DNA of 64,000 nt from Naegleria gruberi (GCA_000004985.1 GG738867.1), one strand, 5' to 3'. Shown: positions 1-12,056, numbered from the stretch's first letter. Notes: a model not told the origin generated them from the letters alone. A program made the numbers and translations.

Positions 1-1100
1 GGAGTAGAGACCTCTTCCTCAATTTGTTTGGTAGGTGTTGATGATGTATTGGAAACAATATCAATGTTTTTAACCATCTTTTCAATTGTCTTTTTTCGTT
101 CAGAAGTTGAGATGTTAACTCTCCTTTCCAGAGTTTGACGTCTTCTTGCCATTCTTTCTTTTTCATCGTTAGATTCTTGATCTTCCATGAGAGTTGCCAA
201 TCGCTCCATAAGTTGTGAATCGTTTTCAATTGCTGGAATTGGTGGTGTCTGTATTATTGATTTAGGTTTAGCAAATCTGACAGAAACTTTTCTTGGAGCT
301 TGCTCCACAGCTTCATCATCTGGTAATGTACCATTTCCAAATATATATTCTGTATATTCAATAAGTGTTTTTGTCAAGTGATTAATCCATTTGGCATGTC
401 TCATCAAATCCATTACATCCAATTCACCTCTATCCCTCAAAATGTTTGGAGCAAAAACAATTGCAAGATTATCTGCCGTCATTTTGTTTTTAGAGGAATT
501 AAGACTGACCAAACGTAAAAAGTCACATAACATTTTCAAAGTATTGAAATAGTGTTTTGGTAAAAATTGAATAACTTTCTTGATGGTTTCCAATCTTGCC
601 CTCTCTTCTGGAATTCTCTCTGCAGCAATAAACATTCCATAACAATCAAATGATAATAAAGGATCACTCAATTCTCTAAAGTAAATCTTGATCAAGGCTG
701 CAGGTAAATGTACATCATGCTTTGAAAAATCAATATCCATATTTACATCATTCTCCAGTTGAGAAATTACAGAATCCAAACTATCCTTCATAGTCGATAC
801 TCTAAATAATCCCTCCTCATCTAAACCATTCTGAGTCAGATAAATAATTGCACTACAAACAAACTTGGGAATTAAATTCATATCCTCTGGAAGTGGATGT
901 CCAAACACCACTGAATTTGGATAATTTTCACTGGTCGATAGTTCGGTGCTACATATTGACGAAGATGATGATGCCGATGGAAAGTGTTTGCTTTTTCCTC
1001 CCTTTGGTGTTGTTGGAGTGGTTGGTGTATTCTCGCCACTGCTTGATGTTCCCTTCCTAAAGCTTTTTTGTTTTAATTTAAAAAACGATGCAATTTTCAT
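1..1100 (-). CDS. RhoGAP domain-containing protein (3' end runs off window start)
   Basis: ATG is the reverse complement of 1098..1100. The minus-strand translation is continuous to position 1 and shows RhoGAP motifs (EGLFRVS arginine finger, DPLLSF, NLAIVFAPNIL) followed by a coiled-coil tail. The ORF track misses it because there is no stop codon inside the window. Confidence 0.8.
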   Translation of the reverse strand, partial: MKIASFFKLKQKSFRKGTSSSGENTPTTPTTPKGGKSKHFPSASSSSSICSTELSTSENYPNSVVFGHPLPEDMNLIPKFVCSAIIYLTQNGLDEEGLFRVSTMKDSLDSVISQLENDVNMDIDFSKHDVHLPAALIKIYFRELSDPLLSFDCYGMFIAAERIPEERARLETIKKVIQFLPKHYFNTLKMLCDFLRLVSLNSSKNKMTADNLAIVFAPNILRDRGELDVMDLMRHAKWINHLTKTLIEYTEYIFGNGTLPDDEAVEQAPRKVSVRFAKPKSIIQTPPIPAIENDSQLMERLATLMEDQESNDEKERMARRRQTLERRVNISTSERKKTIEKMVKNIDIVSNTSSTPTKQIEEEVST

Positions 1101-1453
1101 TGTGTAAATTTTGGCGCCAATTTATGTCAGTTTTGTAGAATGTTCTAGTTGGTGGTGAAATAGTGATATGATGATTGGTAATTGTTTTTTGAAAATGATG
1201 AGGGTTCTATCAGTAGCTGATCAGAGAGAAGTACTGTGTGGCTACACAACCTGTCAGCATACGAGAACTTTGGGAGTTTTTTTTGTCGCTTGTCAAGTGT
1301 TTTGACATGTTGAATAGAGAAGAAATAAAGAGGCCTTTTTGGCTTGATCTGGTCTATCAGGCTATTAATGTTTGAGAGAAAATTAATAATTTATGAATAA
1401 TTCTAAAATCATACAGTAAATGCAATGTAAAATCCCATGTTATTAACTTTGCA

Positions 1454-2473
1454 TTACCACCATTTCTTTGAAAAGAGACTTGTCCATGTGTTTTGAACAA
1501 AATCGAATGGTCTTTTGAAAATACTTTTCAGTAAAATCCCAAAAACATTCTTGAGCATAAAGACACTTGGGTCAACTTTTGGTTTTGGTAATGTGACAAG
1601 GGTGGCACTTGGCAGGTAATAAATGGTGAGTGGAATAATTTTGATCTTTTGTTCACATTCACGTGAAATTTGCAAATCTTGTTCAAATTCTTCCTTTGAA
1701 AAGCATTCTAGTAATGTATTGTGTAAATAATTTCTATCGAAAATTTTCTTTCCAATTCCTGGATAAGCAATAAGGAATGGTTTCTTGAATTGTGTATCAA
1801 ATTTGGAAAAGTTCAATAACACAGCTTCGTAGAGCTTTTCGACTGTATCCTTAGTAGATAATACTAATTTTTGAACAGCACCATTCACATATCTAATATT
1901 GATTTGGACATGTTCAGCTTCAGTAACAACTTTAGAAGCTTCACTCTTTGATAAACTATCAGAAATGCATTTTTGATTATTCTTCAACATTTCCTTAATT
2001 GTCGATATTAATTGATTTTCCTCATCCAATCCAGAACAAATATCCAACCCACCAACAAGTTCCTTATTCACATAAACTTGAGGGAATGTTGGGAAATTTC
2101 CATACTTTTTAAATCCCAAATAAATTTTCTTTTGAGCCTCATCATTTTGATCCAGAGATTTAACATCAAATGAAGAAAATTGAATACCCCTACTAATCAA
2201 CAGGGAAACAATTCTCTTTGAAAATTTACAGAAAGGTCTATCGGCATCTCCTTTTATCAGTAAAACAATTGGAGTTTTTCCCAGAATTTCCTCAACTTTT
2301 TTCCTTGTTTCTTCATCTAGTGGTGTATCATCAATAGTTTGTTTATTCTTCAATTCCGATGATGGTTGTTCATCATCTTTAACTTTTAATATGGGTTCTA
2401 TTGTGTTGTTATTGTTGCTGGACATTTTTTTCAAGTTGTTAAATATTAACAATGAATTCGGAGAAAACGACAT
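1454..2473 (-). CDS. Glutaredoxin-domain protein (monothiol C-K-F-S active site, PICOT-like) with C-terminal UBX-like domain
   Basis: Single 339-aa ORF. A Grx fold segment (TPIVLLIKGDADRPFCKFS ... GGLDICSGL) is followed by a UBX-like beta-grasp segment (INIRYVNGAVQKLVLSTKDTVEKLYEAV ... FLIAYPGIGKKIFD). Confidence 0.6.
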   Translation of the reverse strand: MSFSPNSLLIFNNLKKMSSNNNNTIEPILKVKDDEQPSSELKNKQTIDDTPLDEETRKKVEEILGKTPIVLLIKGDADRPFCKFSKRIVSLLISRGIQFSSFDVKSLDQNDEAQKKIYLGFKKYGNFPTFPQVYVNKELVGGLDICSGLDEENQLISTIKEMLKNNQKCISDSLSKSEASKVVTEAEHVQINIRYVNGAVQKLVLSTKDTVEKLYEAVLLNFSKFDTQFKKPFLIAYPGIGKKIFDRNYLHNTLLECFSKEEFEQDLQISRECEQKIKIIPLTIYYLPSATLVTLPKPKVDPSVFMLKNVFGILLKSIFKRPFDFVQNTWTSLFSKKWW

Positions 2474-2893
2474 TTTCGGAATGTGTCGAGTTGTAAGCTT
2501 TGTTATTGAATATTAATATTGTTTAATATTAAATATCCAAATGGGAAAACACCACATATTTTCTTCTCTACCAACACATTTGATTTTTTCCTGTATATTC
2601 TAATAAAACAATGTACATTGATTCAAATAACAACATCATTATCCATTGAATTAAATTATGCTACTATTTCCATCATCCTATATTGTTGTATTTTGCTTCA
2701 TCTCTCCTTAATCATTGTAGTGGAAATTTTTCCTATTCGCTCTCTTGACGTGGCTGAACATATTTCAACGTTCATATTTTTACTCCATCAAGCAAACAAC
2801 AATTCAGCGCTAAGCATAGAAGCAGAGGATTGAAGCGGACAATGAAAAGTTTTTAATAAAAAATAATTCTTTAAATCTTTATTATCTATCACC

Positions 2894-3710
2894 ATGTTCC
2901 TCTTCGATTGGTTTTGGTCCATCTTGAGTGCTCTCGGCTTGTATCAAAAGTCTGGTAAGATTTTGTTTTTGGGATTGGACAATGCTGGTAAGACTACTCT
3001 CTTGCACATGTTGAAGAGCGAAAAACTTGGTACTTACTCACCAACTCAACATCCAAGTAAGTATTAATACAATGTAGTGGAGTGAGGAGAATTCTTTTGT
3101 CATCATATGATCATCAATTATTGATAATATTTTAAAAATCTTTTGTATTATTGTAAAATTATTATAATATTAATAATATTGATAATAATATTAATAATAA
3201 TAGACGTTGAGGAACTCACTATGGGAAATATGAATTTTAAAACAATAGATCTTGGTGGACACGTCTTAGGTAAATATTAATATGTGATGATTTGTTGATT
3301 AAAATTATTTAGCTAGAAGATTGTGGAAGGATTACTTTACATCAGACGTTAGTGCTGTTGTCTTCTTAGTCGACTCTGCTGATAATGGTCGTTTCGAAGA
3401 AGCTTCAAAGGAATTGCACGGTCTTCTCGGATATGAAGATTTGCAAAAGGTTCCATTCTTAATTTTAGGTAACAAGATCGACAAGCCACAAGCTATTGGT
3501 GAACAACAATTGGCTTACTATTTGAAGGTTGATGGTTTGCTCACAGGCAAGCAACACGGAATTGACAAGGATGGAGGTCGTCGTCCAGTTGAAATTTTCA
3601 TGTGCAGCATAGTGAATCAAATGGGTTATGGAGAAGGTTTCCAAGTAAGTATTTTGATTTTCAAACTGTTTTATTAACTATTTCAAAAGTGGCTTTCATC
3701 CAAGTTCTAA
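2894..3710 (+). CDS. sar1: Sar1 (COPII) small GTPase, 4 exons
   Basis: Exons 2894..3056, 3204..3269, 3313..3644 and 3690..3710. Each has a GT donor and AG acceptor with consistent phase. The product reads [41 protein letters not shown]...[14 protein letters not shown]...LGNKID...[24 protein letters not shown]. The 21-nt terminal micro-exon restores the Sar1 C-terminus (WLSxx). Confidence 0.85.
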
Positions 3711-3762
3711 ATTCTTTTGTAAATTTCAATAAATTCAACATATGTAATTTAAATCTGCTTTC

Positions 3763-5057
3763 TTAAGCTATTTTATGAGAGAGTGAATGTCTTTTGCCTA
3801 TAACTTTGATTTCGTGAGATGAAATATCAAGTCCGAAAACTGAATCAAACGACTTGTCAATGGAGAGCTTGTCCAACAAAGATTTTCTGTCAATTCCTAC
3901 CTGTTGCAAAGTTGATTCAGAATTATCTTGAAATTGATTATTTTTGTAATCTGTGCAAATCCAAATATCTAAATTACAGTTAGATTTTTCGAATACATGC
4001 ATTGGAATCAACTCGGTAGTACCTTCCAACATGCTTTCATCCAAAGAGGGGAAGTATTGACAAAACTCAACTCCTGGCTTCATATCAATAATAACACCTT
4101 TGAGCTAATAATGATTTCAATGAATGTTAATTCTCAGCAAATTGTGCAGCTTACCTGTTTACAGAGGAGGAAATTGGAATCAAAAGATGGATGAGAGGTA
4201 TCACTAAAGAAAATATTCCACGTTGTGTTCGGCACTTTGTAACTCTTTACAAATCCAAGACAATCCACCAATTTGGTCTTATAACTTTCAATAATTTTGA
4301 AAGTATTCTCAGTAGAGGGTTCTCTCATTAACATGGGTCTCAATTCAGGGAACTCCTGAGCAATTTCATTCTTTGTGTAGAGTTCATCTCCCTTGATGAG
4401 AGCAAGAGTTTGACCCAATTGAAAGGCAAAACTCTTAATCATATCCTTATTATTGACAAGTTCATAAAAACTAGAATCTGAAATGTCAATTATATCCTTC
4501 AATGTTTTTATATAATGTCCAAAATCATTTGATCTCAAAGTTTCCTTAATTTGAGCTCTGTACTTTTTATATTTGGTGAAATAGGTGAGAATAGCTCTAC
4601 ATGCTCTAACAACTTTCAAAATGGTAACTCTTTCAACAGTGTTTTTGATTGGATGTTCAAATTCTTGCTTTGTTAAATGATTAGCATAGGTTTTCAACAA
4701 TCCATTATTGGCTTCATCTTCATTTCCTATTTTAATCAAATTCCAAAATAATTATCATCAAATAATTCATAATTTACCTTTGTAAATCTTTACAATTATT
4801 CCATCCTGTATCAGTGCAACATTTCTATTCTCCTCAATTTCCTTTCCATTTTCAATAATTTTCACACTCCGACAAAATACAGAACAATCCTGAAATGATG
4901 GAAATGGATTCGGATCCACAATGAAATAGAGAATATCCTTATCGGTTGAATTTTCTGAACCGTGAATAACATATCCATCACATTTAATTTTATGTGCCAC
5001 CATAGATTCAGTCCCCATGTGAGAGTCAGCAATTAGTTCTGGTTTATTGTCTTGCAT
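3763..5057 (-). CDS. Hypothetical protein, 3 exons (~397 aa), function not recognised
   Basis: Exons on the minus strand are 5057..4778, 4726..4155 and 4104..3763, with gtaaat/gtaagc donors and atag/ttag acceptors that keep the frame. The start codon (complement of 5055..5057) abuts the retroelement target-site duplication. Confidence 0.5.
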
Positions 5058-5071
5058 TTTTTTTTGATATT
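5056..5071. repeat. Target-site duplication, 5' copy (atttttttttgatatt)
   Basis: Exact 16-nt identity with 9386..9401. The two copies flank the region that contains the retroelement ORFs. Confidence 0.6.
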
Positions 5072-5086
5072 CGTCCTTCTAAAAAA

Positions 5087-5756
5087 ATGCCTCAACATGA
5101 CCACCCTCCGGATACGGAAGGGAGTACTCTGCTCGCTAACAGAATCTTTGTGTTAGAGAGAGCATTAGAAACCTCCCAAAAGGAAAACACATGTCTCCGG
5201 GAATCTATTCAAAATTTTGTAAATATTATAAGCGACCACATACTAAATAATAATAATAACGGTCCAATCACACTTGTAAATAATCTAATGGATGAGGCAA
5301 ATAAGTTTACATCTATTACACAAAAAAGTGGAAATCCATCAAATGATGGAAATCTATCAAATAATAGAAATCTATCAAATTGTGGAAAAACTACTGAATC
5401 GGAAATTATTCCAGATGACAGTGGTAAAACTAAAAATAGACCTGCTACATATTCAGAAATAACAAGGTCAACTCCTATTAAAAGTCAACCAAATATCAGA
5501 TGCAACTAATCACTCTGGTACTTCAAAATATAAATTAGTTAAATTATCACACACAGATAAGGATGAAATGGATGAATTCTGTAAGAAAAATATTTCTCTT
5601 ATTGATAAGCACAAAAACCATTTCAATTTCTATTTCAAACCTTCTATTGAGATTTTAGATCTTAAAATAGAACAGAAAAATAGATTATTTCCTTATTTAC
5701 CTACTATTAATTCTACTAATAATATTGCAACAACTAAATCAGTTGCTAAAACAACA

Positions 5757-5796
<40 letters not shown>

Positions 5797-6035
5797 TTAA
5801 TAATAATAATATTAATAATAATAATAATAATGAAAATAATCTGTTAATATTACTCACCAAAGCTTTTTCAAGCCTTGTTGTAGGATTGGCAAATAATAAT
5901 GTAATTCCATTAGATAATAACTTAATGGAAATTGTCAATATTACTAATAATATAAATAATGTAAATAATACTAACTCTGTAATGATAGATGATGATTTGA
6001 TTTCAACATCATCTAATGAATCTACTCAACCTTGA
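5087..6035 (+). CDS. Retroelement ORF1-like region (two frames, frameshifted; poly-Asn tract)
   Basis: ORFs 5087..5509 and 5568..6035 lie in different frames. An (AAT)n microsatellite at about 5758..5830 encodes poly-Asn. The second ORF overlaps the ORF2 start. Confidence 0.4.
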
Positions 6036-9000
6036 GTGGAACTACCACTAGTTTAAGACTTGCATGCTACAATGTTAACGGTCTATACAAGCATGCAGTC
6101 CATAAATCTGTAACTCAAGAATTGAAATCTATGTGTTTAACACATGGAGTTCATATGATGAGTATTACAGAAACACACGTTAACACTACTGAATTAGAAA
6201 TTAAAGTTAGAAATTCTGGTTCAGGTTATTTATTATTTAACTCCCTTATGGGTCGATCTAAAGGCTGTAAAGGAACAGCAGTTATGCACTTTTTAAATAA
6301 TCATAGAAAGCGTAACATTACCAATAATAATTTAGTACCTGGAATCTTACAATGGACAAGATTTGAAAGCAGGGGAATTCCAATTAATTTATTTACTATT
6401 TATTTAAGTGGCAGATCAGATGATTATGAAAATGATCAAGAAGCCATTAACAGTTTTATCAATGCTGTTTTAACATGTAAAGATGAACATATTATTTTAA
6501 GTGGGGATCTTAATATTGATACTCAAAACCCCACTACTACAAGAGAAAAGGATTGGATTTGGATTCTTGAAATGTTAAAATTGACAGAATTCAAAACACC
6601 AAATTATACATGGATTAGACGAAGTCAGGGAACTTTAATTAGATCTAGACCTGACCATATCTTTGTCTCAAAGAATATTAGAGTGGTAAAGGAAGTAATT
6701 ATGACACCTTTGACCACTAATGATCATGTCCCTTTTTATTTAGATTTAGAATTTAAATCTAATCTTACTTGGAGAACTTACTTTAGTAAGAATAAGAGGA
6801 AAAGAATGTACGAAGCAATTAATAAGTGTAAAATTGACAATTTTCAAGAGCTGAATCAAGCAATTGAGGCTCAAATAATTAAATATGGATCCAAAGTAGA
6901 TAGATTAGGAGTTGGAAGAATTTCTACAGCATTTAAAGAAGAAATTCAAGATTTAGAGGATGAAATATTATCTAAAATTAATAACCCTAATATTCCTCAA
7001 TCAGAAATACAAGAACTACAAACACTCCTAAAAGAAACACATATTAATAATGCAAAAGAGATTAAGGAAAAACTTATAGATGAATTTAATGATAACTCTT
7101 CATCTAGAATGTATCAATTTGATAAAATGATACACTCTAACCAAATTATGTGGAAAGACCTTAACTTTGAAGAAGAAGAAATAGTGGATTACTTTACAAA
7201 CAAATTTACCTCCACTAATCAACAACCAACATTCACACCAAGTAATTCAACTATCAAAGAAGGTCCAGATTGGAGCAATTCGATTCATATTAAAGAGCTA
7301 CAAGATGCTCTCAAACGAATGAAATCAAACACTTCTGGGCCTGATCTAATCTCACTTGATATAATTAAACATCTTACAGAAGCTAATCAAGGAATCCTCT
7401 TAGAAGAATATAATAGATGTTTAAGAGATGGTGATATTCCACAAAATTGGAAACAAGGATGGGTAAAACTCATTCCTAAAAGAGAAATTAATACCTTAAG
7501 TGATATTCGCCCAATTACTATTTTACCAATATTTTACAGAATATTATTTAATATTATAGCATTTAGATTGAGATCTTGGGCATCAACTCATATTAATGTT
7601 AGACAACAAGCATTTATTACAGACAGAAATACTTTGAATCATGGTGTATTACTCTCTGCCTTAGCAATGAAAACAAGGAAAAGGACTTTTATTTTAGTGA
7701 ATTTAGATATAGAAGGGGCGTATGATGCAGTCGAATTACCTGTCATCAAAATGGCCCTAGACCACTGCAAATACCCTTCAGAACTTACTCAATTCATTTT
7801 AAATGCTTATGCTAACCATGAACTTCAATTAGAAATTGATAATCATCTCTCTGATAAATTTAAGAAAACAAGAGGAATACCACAAGGCTGTCCACTGGCC
7901 CCTCTTATTTACGATTGTATTACCCAATTAATAATTGACAAAGCAATTGATAAGTGGAAGATACCAATCAAACCAGGCAAACTATGTGCAAATGATATTG
8001 CACTCTGCTGTTTTGCTGATGATATGAATGTTGTATGTGACAGATATGCCAAATATAATGAGAGACTAGACAATATTCATGATTGGTTACATCAATTATT
8101 ATTTAAATTGAATGCTAAGAAATCAGTAGCAACTCTATTACCTAAAAAGAGCACAGTCTCACCTAAAATCAAAGGTACTCCAGTACCTAAACAGAAAAAC
8201 CTTAGAGTACTTGGCCATTACCCTTGGGATGATACTTTGGTAACACAAGACATCCAATCCAAGATAGACAAATTCACAAAATCATTAAGATTTTTACCAT
8301 TATTCAAATTACAGCCAACAAACCTTAAAATAATTATGCATGCTAAAGCAATCAGCCTATTCACTCACCTCTCAAAAATCAATATAATCCCTTTAAAGAA
8401 AGCTCAGGAAATAGATCGTGCAATTAGAGGTGCAATCAGACGTAAATTATTAATGGACAGAGCAACTCCAACAAGTTTCTTTCACCTGCCATTAGAAGAA
8501 GGTGGATTAGGATTACCATCAATTGAGGAATTCTCTGAAAGAATGAATTTAAGAACTATGAATTTAATCGCCAATAATAAGAATAAGTTAATAAGAAAAG
8601 CTTTCAAACATGGTATCAAACATTGTGAGGAAACTAAAGATAATATGTATGCTAAATGGTTATCTGTACTTTAAGAATATAATCTCACATTTGTGCAGAA
8701 TGATACGAACTTTAGAATAGCCGGNNNNNNNNNNNNNNNNNNNNNNNNNNNNNNNNNNNNNNNNNNNNNNNNNNACTCAGAATCACACCTCCTTGTTAAG
8801 GATGGTGTTGTCATCTTCAATCATAAGAAGATGACCATAACAAGACATTTAAGTGTAAGACATAATAAGATGAATGAAAACCCTAACTTTATTCTAAACC
8901 AAAGTTGGGATTCTCTTAATGTGCAATACCTTAAAACTCGTCTTACTCCTAAAACTAAATACTTTATATGGAGAAATTCCATCAATGCCCATATCAATTT

Positions 9001-9334
9001 TGGTAAGGGTAAAAGTTTCTGTTACGATTGTGGTACAGAATCTGATTTATTCCATTACATTCATGAGTGCCCTGGCTTGGATAGTGCCAGGTATTTTTGT
9101 CAGTCAAAGATATCTGATATTCTTGAAGGGAGAGAGTGCTTACTTTCTCATTTTCAATTCAAACCAGAAAAGCATCACCATGCATTACATTTCCATCATA
9201 ACGGAATCACCTCTTTCGAAGATGGATACATGCAATTCCATAAAGACATCGCTAAGAAGTGGCCAGAGATCCAAGGTGCCATTTCTAACTTTGTCGGCCG
9301 TTCCTATTCTAACTATTATATTGACTCCAAATAA
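6032..9334 (+). CDS. Retroelement ORF2: apurinic-endonuclease-like + reverse transcriptase + CCHC zinc knuckle (interrupted)
   Basis: APE motifs: LRLACYNVNGL, ILSGDLNID, RPDHIFVS. RT motifs: ILVNLDIEGAYD, PQGCPLAP, CCFADDMNVV. CCHC: CYDCGTESDLFHYIHEC at 8775..9334. An in-frame TAA at 8672..8674 and the N gap at 8725..8774 interrupt the ORF. The frame across the gap is not interpretable. Confidence 0.75.
8725..8774. other. Assembly gap (50 N) inside retroelement
   Basis: A run of exactly 50 N characters. Confidence 0.99.
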
Positions 9335-9385
9335 TTTATATAACCTATGAGAATCTGAATAGATTCGTTATTGTCGTAATAAAAG

Positions 9386-9401
9386 ATTTTTTTTTGATAT
9401 T
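9386..9401. repeat. Target-site duplication, 3' copy (atttttttttgatatt)
   Basis: Identical to 5056..5071. Confidence 0.6.
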
Positions 9402-9537
9402 GTAAAGTGCAATTTCGTTTTGGAACTTTCTAAGCAAGGAATTTATGCAATTAGCTCTATGCAAAGAGTTGGATTTAACAACTTGGGAACTCGAGCTGCA
9501 TAATTATTTAACTCACAAATTAGTCAACTAGAGATAT

Positions 9538-10887
9538 TTAACAACAACAAAGGAATGAACTTCCAGAAGAGAATTCAATGTCCAATCCAATTAATTCGGC
9601 CAACTCCTTAACAAATAGAATGTCATCTCCACATAGACTGAGAGCACCACTTTGTTTCTCAGTGACAATCATCTTCTTATTGATTGAATCATTCATAGCA
9701 AGGAATAAAATTGTTTGATTATTGATAAAGGCAAAGTATTTTCTGAATAGATATTCCTGTTCTGTGCGTGACATGTGTTGAATTCTTGAAAGCAGATCGT
9801 CTAACATTTTAGTTTTTTCCACATCACTTGATGATTTCTTGAGAATTTTTGCCAATTCCTTATCATGAATAATAATTTCCTTCTCCTTGATCAAGATATC
9901 AAAGCATTCCTTCTTGGTTTCCAGAATTTCATCGCATGTACAGGCCAAATAGTGATCCTGTTTGGCAATTTGTTGATAATCATTGAGGGAGACATAGTAT
10001 CCAAACACAATATCATTTCCAAAATGTTTTTCAATATATTGCATATTCTGTTGAGGAGCAAAATAAGTAAGAAAGTGAATGGCATGGACTTTTGAACAGC
10101 CATTCAAACCGATTGGTACGTTGGTAGAGATGAGTACTCTCTTCTTCAATAAGAGTGCCTTCCACAATGTGAAAATATTCTCCCTATAAGAATAGAATAG
10201 AGAAACCAACGATCCAAAATGAAGATGGTTATCAATCTCTATTTTGGTAATTTCCGATAATCTGACCTTCTTAGAGCCATTGAAAGAATCATTTGCTGTA
10301 AAGTAATTGTTCAATTTTTGAATGCAATCAGAGAGGGTTTTCTTTCCCTCTAGACTTTCGTCACATCTATTCAACTTGGCCAATAACTTTTTCAAGAAGG
10401 AGGCATGAGCCATCATTCCTCTATATTCATTACAAATAACTCCCATAGCTCGTATTCTAGAACCACGATCCAACTCCTCCGATCTGAAAATATCTACACA
10501 AGCCATTCCAAAGAATTCTTGTGTATTATGCACGTGTCTAAACATGACAATATCTGTATCAAGTTTATGTGTTCCACTTGGTAAACATTTAAATTCAATA
10601 CCTCCCAAATCGATCGGATATGATTCATTTTGAAATTGATATTCAATTCTATATCCAATCTTTAAATCAAATTTAACAACGAACAAACAAACAATATTCG
10701 TTTCAATCATTGGGTTTACAATTGATACTTGATTAATTTTCTCCACCATTTCCGAATCATTCTTTTTCATTTCAAATTTCCCAGAATCATGTCGTTGTGC
10801 AGCTAACCTCTGACTCTTCAGCAATGAGACAGTTTCATCAACTTCATCTTCAGAATTCGGAGAGGGAGCAACTCTATTTTGTGGCAT
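9538..10887 (-). CDS. DENN/AVL9-like domain protein (tentative)
   Basis: Single 449-aa ORF. The N-terminal uDENN-like longin region and central DENN-like segment are recognised only by overall pattern, with no sharp motif. Confidence 0.45.
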   Translation of the reverse strand: MPQNRVAPSPNSEDEVDETVSLLKSQRLAAQRHDSGKFEMKKNDSEMVEKINQVSIVNPMIETNIVCLFVVKFDLKIGYRIEYQFQNESYPIDLGGIEFKCLPSGTHKLDTDIVMFRHVHNTQEFFGMACVDIFRSEELDRGSRIRAMGVICNEYRGMMAHASFLKKLLAKLNRCDESLEGKKTLSDCIQKLNNYFTANDSFNGSKKVRLSEITKIEIDNHLHFGSLVSLFYSYRENIFTLWKALLLKKRVLISTNVPIGLNGCSKVHAIHFLTYFAPQQNMQYIEKHFGNDIVFGYYVSLNDYQQIAKQDHYLACTCDEILETKKECFDILIKEKEIIIHDKELAKILKKSSSDVEKTKMLDDLLSRIQHMSRTEQEYLFRKYFAFINNQTILFLAMNDSINKKMIVTEKQSGALSLCGDDILFVKELAELIGLDIEFSSGSSFLCCC

Positions 10888-11336
10888 TTTTTTTTGAATT
10901 AGATTTTTCCCATATAATAATCAACATCAATTATTTTACCATCATCACAAATATTTTCATAAATCTCTAATTTATTATTATTAATATTATTCTCTAATAA
11001 GATAGATAAGGGAACTGCTTATTAAATCTCTTTTGAATTTTTTTAAAATTGTGATGATGAAAATTCTTGATGATGAAATTTTGTGTTATTTTTCATATCG
11101 GAACAACAAAAATTGATTCCAAACGAATGAAGTGTTGCAAGTATGCTGTAAAAGAACCTTCTGCCAAAAAAAACTCTTCCCTTGTGTTGTTCAAGATTCA
11201 TTATGAAATAGCTTGATGTGGTGCGTGGTCCAATACGAATGAGCGGTTGACGAGCCGTTGTAAATTCTGACGCGTGGTTGTACAAAGACTTGCGTTGGAA
11301 AAACTCGTTTCAAAAAAATACCTCAATAATAACAAC

Positions 11337-11909
11337 ATGTCTGACGAAGATACTACATTCGAACAAGCTGGTTCTGGTGCTTCCCACACTTTCCCAATGC
11401 AAGCGTATGTATTCTAATATTATGATCATGAGAAAAATAACAATATTCAAATATAATATTATATTCACAATATAAATCATTTTAACATGTAAAATCACAG
11501 TGGTAACTTGAAGAAGGGCGGTCACGTCGTCATCAAGGAAAGACCTTGCAAGATTACTGAAGTCACCACCTCAAAGACTGGTAAGCACGGTCACGCTAAG
11601 GCCAATATTACTGGTATTGATATTTTCACTGGTAGAAAGTATGAAGATGTCTGTCCAACTTCCCACAACATGCCAGTTCCAAACGTCGCAAGAAACGAAT
11701 ATCAAGTCCTCGCTATTGATGGTGATTTCATCCATCTTATGCTTGAAGATGGTTCTTCTCGTGAAGACATTAAGTTGCCAACTGAAACTGATGAAGATAA
11801 GCTTTTGACTGAAAAGATTAGAGCTGCTTATGACAATGGTGATGAATTCAACGTCATCCTCGTTGCTGCTATGGGCATTGAAAAGGTCATGGAAATCAAG
11901 ATGCAATAA
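11337..11909 (+). CDS. eif5a: Translation initiation factor eIF5A, 2 exons
   Basis: Exon 1 is 11337..11404, with a gtatgt donor and a 96-nt intron. Exon 2 is 11501..11909. The hypusination loop is STSKTGKHGHAK, and codon usage is strongly biased, as expected for a highly expressed gene. Confidence 0.9.
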
Positions 11910-12056
11910 ATTTTCTCCCAATTTCTTTCTTATTCCGTTAATGTCATTACTTATCAATGATTTACTCTTTTCACATTATTACTTCTTTGTGGATGGATAA
12001 GATTAACAATTAGTCCATTCTAAATTGTTCCAATACAAATCAATTTAAATAAAAAA

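Larger units (their letters stand above)
5072..9385 (+). mobile_element. Non-LTR (LINE-like) retrotransposon, defective copy, containing assembly gap
   Basis: Broken ORF1-like coiled-coil/poly-Asn ORFs at 5087..6035 are followed by an ORF2 with an APE endonuclease N-terminus, RT motifs (FADD) and a C-terminal CCHC knuckle. There are no LTRs, the 3' end is A-rich (taataaaag), and a 16-bp TSD flanks the element. Its true length is unknown because of the N gap. Confidence 0.7.

Noticed and set aside
848-1060. Plus-strand 70-aa ORF
   Set aside because: It is antisense to the well-supported RhoGAP coding sequence, and its composition is not protein-like.
5693-5938. Antisense poly-Leu ORF opposite the poly-Asn tract
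   Set aside because: It is a low-complexity mirror of the (AAT)n microsatellite and is not coding.
8693-9334. ORF translated through the N gap (X residues)
   Set aside because: The gap length is a placeholder, so frame continuity across it is meaningless. Only the post-gap part, 8775-9334, is usable as the ORF2 CCHC region.
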